Positions 9,664-14,586 of a stretch of DNA of 14,586 nt are shown piece by piece. The stretch covers positions 1 to 14,586 of the forward strand of contig JBKPAK010000121.1 of assembly GCA_046726415.1 (NCBI GenBank), in the 5' to 3' direction. The translations under genes were made by a program, and so were the position numbers. The stretch comes from Candidatus Methylomirabilota bacterium. Lineage in GTDB: Bacteria; Methylomirabilota; Methylomirabilia; Rokubacteriales; CSP1-6. The stretch's first letter is position 1, and every line of letters starts with the position of its first letter. The notes beneath the pieces were generated by a model. The model searched no databases. It was not told the DNA's origin and worked only from the letters and a program-made list of their open reading frames with translations.

Positions 9664-11205
9664 ATGGGCCGGCTCACCGTGCCGATGGTTCTTGTGGCGT
9701 TCTCGTTGCTTGCGATCGTGCGCGCCGAGGTCAGCGCGCAGGGCCAGCCCGATAGTCAGCTGGCCATCGCCTTCGACGTCTCGATCGCCCCCTCGTTCCT
9801 CGATCCGGCCGAGACGCCAGGGATCGGGACACCATTCGTGTTCCTCTACGCCATGCACGACGCCCTGATCAAGCCCCTGCCCGGCAACGACATGGCGCCG
9901 TGCTTGGCGGAATCCTGGAAGGAAAGCGCGGACGGGCTGGTGTACGAGTTCAAGCTGCGAGAAGGCCTGCGCTTTCACAACGGCGACGCCTTCACGGCCG
10001 AGGACGTCAAGTTCAGCTTCCATCGCTACCGCGGAGCCGCGGCCAAGCTATTGCACGACCGGGTGAAGGCAGTGGAAATCGTCGATCCCCACCGCGTGCG
10101 GTTCGCGCTGTACGCGCCCTGGCCGGATTTCCTGGCCTTCTATGCCACCCCCGCCACCGGGGCGGCCTGGGCCGTGCCCAAAAAGTACATCGAGAAGGTC
10201 GGCGAGGAGGGTTTCAAGAAGCACCCAGTGGGGCTCGGGCCCTATCGGTTCGCGCGACTGAACCCAGGCGTGGAGCTGGTGCTCGAGGCCAACGAGCAGT
10301 ACTGGCGCAAGAAGCCCTCGGTGAAGCGCATCGTCATCAAGGGCGTCCCCGACCGCACGACGAGGCTGGCTATGCTCAAGAGCGGCGAAGCCGACATCGC
10401 CTACCTGATGATCGGCGTCGAGGCCCACACCGTGAAGGCGGACCCGAAGCTGCGCCTGGCCCAGGTCATCCCGGCCGCGGCCTGGTGGCTGGACTTCCCC
10501 GAACAGTGGAAGCCGAAGTCACCCTGGGCTGATCGCCGCGTCCGGCTGGCGGCGAACCTGGCCATCGACAAGCAGGGCATCAACGAGGCGGAGCGCATGG
10601 GCCTGTCGCGGCTGACCGGCAACATCGTTCCGAGCGTCATGGAGTTCGCCCTACGCATCGAGCCCTACCCCTACGACCCGACGCACGCGAAGCGACTGCT
10701 CGCCGACGCCGGCTATCCCAACGGCTTCGACGCCGGCGACCTCACCCCGGCGCCGCCCTTCACGAGTTTCGGAGAGGCGGTGGCCAACTCGCTGGCCGCC
10801 GCGGGCATTCGCACGCGCGTGCGCAGCATGGAGCGGGCGACCTTCTTCGAGGCCTGGCGAGCGAAGAAGCTCACGGGCGTCATCATGGGGGCCTCGGCCG
10901 GGCTCGGCAACGCGGCGGCGCGCCTCGAGGCCTTCGTCATCAGCACGGGCACCTACGCCTACGGTGGATATCCCGAGATCGACGACCTGTTCCGCCAGCA
11001 GGCGCAGGAGCGCGACCGCAAGAAGCGCGAGGTGCTGTTGCATCAGATTCAGCGGCTCACGCACGAACGCGTCATGCACGCGCCGATCTTCGAGCCGGCG
11101 ACCTTGCACGGGGTTGGGCCCCGGGTCGAAGAGCCCGCAGTCGGCCTCAATCCCCTGCTGTATTTCGCCGCCCCCTACGAGGACATGCGCCTGAAGAAGC
11201 CGTAG
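9664..11205 (+). CDS. ABC transporter substrate-binding protein, family 5 (DppA/OppA/NikA-like), orphan (513 aa)
   Basis: Sec signal peptide; PCLAESW..S.DGLVYEFKLREGLRFHNGDAFTAEDVKFSF (family 5 signature); PVGLGPY; DRRVRLA.NLAIDK; YDP..AK.LL.AGYPNGF. SD AGGAGG at 9652-9657. Confidence 0.94.
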   Translation: MGRLTVPMVLVAFSLLAIVRAEVSAQGQPDSQLAIAFDVSIAPSFLDPAETPGIGTPFVFLYAMHDALIKPLPGNDMAPCLAESWKESADGLVYEFKLREGLRFHNGDAFTAEDVKFSFHRYRGAAAKLLHDRVKAVEIVDPHRVRFALYAPWPDFLAFYATPATGAAWAVPKKYIEKVGEEGFKKHPVGLGPYRFARLNPGVELVLEANEQYWRKKPSVKRIVIKGVPDRTTRLAMLKSGEADIAYLMIGVEAHTVKADPKLRLAQVIPAAAWWLDFPEQWKPKSPWADRRVRLAANLAIDKQGINEAERMGLSRLTGNIVPSVMEFALRIEPYPYDPTHAKRLLADAGYPNGFDAGDLTPAPPFTSFGEAVANSLAAAGIRTRVRSMERATFFEAWRAKKLTGVIMGASAGLGNAAARLEAFVISTGTYAYGGYPEIDDLFRQQAQERDRKKREVLLHQIQRLTHERVMHAPIFEPATLHGVGPRVEEPAVGLNPLLYFAAPYEDMRLKKP

Positions 11206-11240
11206 CAACGGCGCCGCGGTCGCCCTGCCGCGGTCCGGCG

Positions 11241-11262
11241 CTGGCCGCTCGCCAGCGGCCGG
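11241..11262 (+). terminator. GC hairpin downstream of the SBP gene, possible terminator or mRNA stabiliser
   Basis: ct-ggccgct-cgcc-agcggcc-gg stem-loop about 35 nt after the stop; no U-tract. Confidence 0.3.
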
Positions 11263-11418
11263 AGCACGTCACGCGATCGCGAGGCTCGTATGCAATCACC
11301 TGTTTCTCCGGCGTTCCGCTTTTACGGCACGCTAATATTGCGAGGCGGAGCGCGGCCATCACGACGACGATCCTGTTACGCGTCGTTTTCACGGCATTTC
11401 CCGGCCCAGGCGTCGCCC

Positions 11419-11574
11419 ATGAGGTACGCGCTCGAGCGCGCCATCGAGCCCTCGGACGACAAGGAAGAGATCGCACGATTCCTGGACGCTTTCGCACCGT
11501 GGGTCGTCACGGCCGTGGACGAGGCGTTCCCGGCGCCACCGGGGTTCGCATCGGACTTGGCGACGCCACCATGA
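11419..11574 (+). CDS. Short ORF or gene fragment (51 aa from ATG 11419; frame open from 11290)
   Basis: MRYALERAIEPSDDKEEIARFLDAFAPWVVTAVDE has GC3-rich codons and helical character, unlike the upstream part of the frame. No clear SD. Confidence 0.3.
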   Translation: MRYALERAIEPSDDKEEIARFLDAFAPWVVTAVDEAFPAPPGFASDLATPP

Positions 11575-11599
11575 CCGGAACCTTCTGGGGGGCTCGGCG

Positions 11600-12285
11600 A
11601 TGACGCCAGGATCCGACGTCGCAGCAGGCACGGGGATGACGTCCGACGACCGTGCTCGCCTCGAACTGGAGCACTTGCAAAAGCAGGTCGAGAAGCTTTC
11701 CCTGGAGGTGGATCGCCTGCGGGAGACGACGTTCTGGGACCGCAGCATCGGCAGGTACCTTCCCTCATCACCGCCGCCCTGGCGGTGGGAGGCTTCTGGT
11801 TCGGCGTGTTCCAGTACATGGGACAGCGCAACGAGACCGATCGGCTCCGGGTGGAAGCCGAGCGAGAGCGCACGGCCGAGATCACCGAGGCGGCAGGCCG
11901 GCGCGCCGAGGAGCTCCGCCGGGAGACTGCGCGGCCCTTTTGGGAAGCCCAGCTTCGTCTGTATCTCCGCGCGGCGGAAGCGGCGGCGACAGTGGCCACC
12001 GCGCGCGATCGCAAGGACGCGGTCAAGGCCGAGAGCGACTTCTGGATCCTCTACTGGGGCCCGCTGGCCGCGATCGAGGACGTCGGTCTGGAGAAGAAGA
12101 CGGCAGCCATCGAGGCGGCCATGGTCAAGTTCGGCGCAGCGTTAAATCAGCGTGAATCCAATCCGGATCGCCGCGAGCTCGAGCGCCTCTCGCTCGCGCT
12201 CGCCCACGCTATCCGGGACGCCGTGGGCCCGGCTTTCGAACTCCAGGCGGCGCCGGCCACGCAAGAGCGCTTCAAGCGGCCCTGA
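11600..12285 (+). pseudogene. Single-pass membrane hypothetical protein interrupted by a 1-nt frameshift at ~11762-11764 (pseudogene or sequencing error)
   Basis: One frame gives LELEHLQKQVEKLSLEVDRLRETTFWDRSIGRYLP. The -1 frame continues LITAALAVGGFWFGVFQY...PFWEAQLRLY...FWILYWGPLA to the stop at 12285. One extra C in the CCC run joins them (228 aa from 11600, or 216 aa from 11636). Confidence 0.75.
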
Positions 12286-12319
12286 GCCGGCCACGCAAGA
12301 GCGCTTCAAGCGGCCCTGA
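12252..12319. repeat. Perfect 34-bp tandem duplication containing the upstream gene's 3' end and stop codon
   Basis: gccggccacgcaagagcgcttcaagcggccctga at 12252-12285 and 12286-12319. Confidence 0.95.
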
Positions 12320-12390
12320 GGGCCGGCGGCGGCGATGCGCCCGCCGCGCCGCGTTCGCTCCCATCGCCAGAGAGAGGGCCACCCCGCCCC

Positions 12391-12425
12391 TGGCAGGATT
12401 CGCCATGACATTGGCATTGCCGCCA
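12391..12425. promoter_or_regulatory. Imperfect inverted repeat, candidate operator of the GlxA-type regulator
   Basis: TGGCAGGATT-N15-ATTGCCGCCA; arms match 7/10. It overlaps the expected -35 region of a CATGCT -10 box at 12440-12445. Confidence 0.5.
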
Positions 12426-12452
12426 TCGCCCGGCCCAGGCATGCTCCCCGTC

Positions 12453-13508
12453 ATGCGATCGGCACGGCCAGCGCGACGGACGGGCGAGCGGCCGTCGGTG
12501 AGACTCGTCTCGCCCGTCGAGCCCCTTCGCGTGTGGATCCTCGTCTTCCCCGGCGTTCAGGTCCTCGACGTCACCGGCCCCCTCGAGGTGTTCTCCATCG
12601 CCAACCGACTCGCCAATCCCCGAGCTCCCCGGTACGCCGTTTCCCTGGTGGCCGCGAAGGCGGGACCGGTGGCGACGTCGAGCGGCGTCGAACTCGTGGT
12701 CTCGCGGAGCCTGAGACGGGCGTCGGGCCGCGTGGACACGCTCGTGGTGGCCGGTGGCCTCGGCACGCGCGCGGCCATGCGCAACAGGCGGCTCGTGGCG
12801 TGGATCGGGCGCACCGCGCGGCGGGCCCGCCGCGTGGTCTCGGTCTGCACGGGCGCTTTTCTGCTCGCGCAGGCCGGTCTCCTCGATGGCCGCCGCGCCA
12901 CCACTCACTGGGGGCTCTGCGCCGGCCTCCAGCGGCGCTTTCCGACGGTTCGCGTGGAGCGCGATCCCATCTTCGTTCGCGATGGCAACATCTTCACCTC
13001 GGCCGGCATCACGGCCGGCATGGATCTCGCGCTCGAGCTGGTGGAGCAGGACTTCGGTCGAAATCTCGCGCTCGACGCGGCGCGCTGGCTCGTGATGTTC
13101 CTGCGCCGCCCGGGCGGCCAGTCCCAGTTCAGCGTGCAGCTCTCCGGGCAGCTCGCCGAGCGCGGCGGTCTGCGCGACCTTCAGGCCCGGATCGCCGACA
13201 ATCTCCGCGACGACCTGTCGGTCCCTGCGCTGGCCCGGCACGCGCACATGAGCGCGCGCAACTTCGCCCGGGTCTTTCGCCGCGAGATTGGCGTCACGCC
13301 GGCCGCCTACGTGGAGGCGCACCGCGTGGAGGCCGCGCGGCGCCTCCTCGAAACCACGGGGAAGAGCGTGGCCGAGGTCGCCGAGGCCTGCGGCTTTGGT
13401 CGGGTCGAGACGATGCACCGCGCCTTCCGGCGCCTGATCCGCGTCGCGCCGGCGCAATACAGGCGCCACTTCCAGGCCGCCCCACGCGACCAGGCCAACG
13501 CCTCGTGA
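12453..13508 (+). CDS. GlxA-family transcriptional regulator (DJ-1/PfpI-like sensor domain + AraC HTH; ~351 aa)
   Basis: LVFPGVQVLDVTGPLEVF, DTLVVAGG, SVCTGAFLLA.AGLLDGRRATTHW, TSAGITAGMDLAL, RRPGGQSQFS, MSARNFARVF, VAEACGFG. Start 12453 is preferred because 12405 lies inside the putative operator. Confidence 0.93.
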   Translation: MRSARPARRTGERPSVRLVSPVEPLRVWILVFPGVQVLDVTGPLEVFSIANRLANPRAPRYAVSLVAAKAGPVATSSGVELVVSRSLRRASGRVDTLVVAGGLGTRAAMRNRRLVAWIGRTARRARRVVSVCTGAFLLAQAGLLDGRRATTHWGLCAGLQRRFPTVRVERDPIFVRDGNIFTSAGITAGMDLALELVEQDFGRNLALDAARWLVMFLRRPGGQSQFSVQLSGQLAERGGLRDLQARIADNLRDDLSVPALARHAHMSARNFARVFRREIGVTPAAYVEAHRVEAARRLLETTGKSVAEVAEACGFGRVETMHRAFRRLIRVAPAQYRRHFQAAPRDQANAS

Positions 13509-13553
13509 CCGTCCGAGGAGCTTGACGAGGCGAGCGTATGAAAGGACATGGTC

Positions 13554-14215
13554 ATGGACATTGCCATTCCACTCTTTGAAGGCATCACGGCTCTCGACGC
13601 CATCGGGCCCTACGAGGTGCTCTCGCGGTTGCCCGGTGCCCGCGTTCGCTTCGTCGGCCTCACCCCGGGGCCGCAGCGATCCGACAATCGCCAGCTCGCA
13701 CTCGTCGCCGACGAGCCACTCTCAGCGGTGCCCCATCGCCCAACCCGCTCCTGGACTGGATTCGCACGGCTCACCAGACCAGTCACTGGACCACCTCGGT
13801 CGGCACGAGTTCATTGCTCCTGGGCGCGGCGGGGATCCTCCGCGGGCTCGAGGCCACGACCCACTGGATGGCCCTCGAGCAACTCCGCGAGCTGGGCGCG
13901 AGCCCGACGCCGCGGCGCATCGTCGAGCAGGACAAGGTCATCACTGCGGCCGGCGTGTCGTCCGGCATCGACATGGCCCTCACCTTGGCCGCGCGCATCG
14001 CCGGCGACGAGATCGCGCAGGCCATCCAGCTGCGTATCGAGTACGATCCGCAGCCACCGTTCTCGGCGGGCTCGCCCCAGACGGCGCCGCCACACGTCGT
14101 CGAGAAAATGCGCGAGCGGATGCGGCACGCCTGGAGGGCCAGGCCCGCGGAACCGCGCGGGCCTGAATCGACGGAAGACACGGGTGCGCGACGAAGTGCA
14201 TACTCGAGGGCGTGA
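13554..14215 (+). pseudogene. Degraded DJ-1/PfpI family gene, isonitrile (isocyanide) hydratase-like
   Basis: MDIAIPLFEGITALDAIGPYEVL...VPH in one frame, then PNPLLDWIR...WTTSVGTSSLLLGAAG...ATTHW...TAAGVSSGIDMAL...EYDPQPPF.AGSP in another; junction ~13736-13739. The usual D-x-L-x-V-PGG segment is missing. SD AAAGGA at 13541-13546. Confidence 0.85.
14140..14165 (+). terminator. Perfect 10-bp stem hairpin at the end of the DJ-1/PfpI gene
   Basis: caggcccgcg-gaaccg-cgcgggcctg; no U-tract. Confidence 0.4.
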
Positions 14216-14586
14216 ATGCACGTGCGACCTTCGCCGACAACCTGGCGGAGTTGTGGCCGCTCGACCGCGGCGTGATCTTTCTGAATCACGGCTCGTTCGG
14301 GGCGTGTCCGAGCGAGGTTCTTCGCCATCAGGCCGCGCTCCGGGCGGAGATGGAAGCCGAGCCCGTGCGCTTCCTGTCGCGCGAGCTGGACGATCGCCTT
14401 GACGCCGCGCGGCGGCCTTTGGCCGCCTTCCTGGGCGCCGATCCTGAGGACCTGGCCTTCATCGCCAATGCCACCAGCGGCGTCAACGCGGTGCTCCGCT
14501 CGCTCGTCCTGGCCCCCGGTGATGAGTTGCTCACCACGGATCACGCCTACAATGCCTGCAAGAACGCGCTGGACTTCGTGGCCGGC
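14212..14586 (+). CDS. Class V aminotransferase-fold PLP enzyme (isopenicillin-N epimerase / cysteine desulfhydrase / EgtE-like), 5' part only
   Basis: Hand translation from GTG 14212: MNARATFADNLAELWPLDRGVIFLNHGSFGACPSEV...EMEAEPVRF...NATSGVNAVLRSL.LAPGDELLTTDHAYNAC. It runs off the window edge, so it is absent from the ORF track. Confidence 0.9.
   Translation, partial: MNARATFADNLAELWPLDRGVIFLNHGSFGACPSEVLRHQAALRAEMEAEPVRFLSRELDDRLDAARRPLAAFLGADPEDLAFIANATSGVNAVLRSLVLAPGDELLTTDHAYNACKNALDFVAG

Noticed and set aside
11325-11341. Sigma-54 promoter CGGCACG...TTGC
   Set aside because: GG-to-GC spacing is 12 nt, not the strictly required 10.

Overview
GC-rich bacterial DNA (roughly 70% by eye). 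The GC hairpin repeats and the stand-alone family-5 solute-binding protein resemble Candidatus Rokubacteria/Methylomirabilota, but this taxonomy is a tentative impression. Left to right: a 62-bp hairpin-forming direct repeat; a metal-dependent amidohydrolase (-); a divergent TTC38-like TPR protein (+); a four-gene minus-strand copper cluster (ECF sigma factor > zinc-finger membrane anti-sigma > exported type-1 cupredoxin > YHS/HMBD-containing P1B-1 Cu(I) ATPase) with no CueR/CsoR/CopY-type regulator in the window; a DinB-like protein; an SDR; an orphan family-5 ABC substrate-binding protein; a membrane protein split by a single-base frameshift and followed by a perfect 34-bp tandem duplication of its 3' end; a GlxA-type AraC regulator; a decayed DJ-1/PfpI (isonitrile hydratase-like) gene; and the 5' part of a class V PLP enzyme missed by the ORF track. 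The best candidate for a novel system is the ECF/anti-sigma/cupredoxin/CopA module. Also notable are signs of leaderless transcription at three genes and a cluster of lesions in the last 3 kb. All family calls come from motif recognition only; no searches were run.
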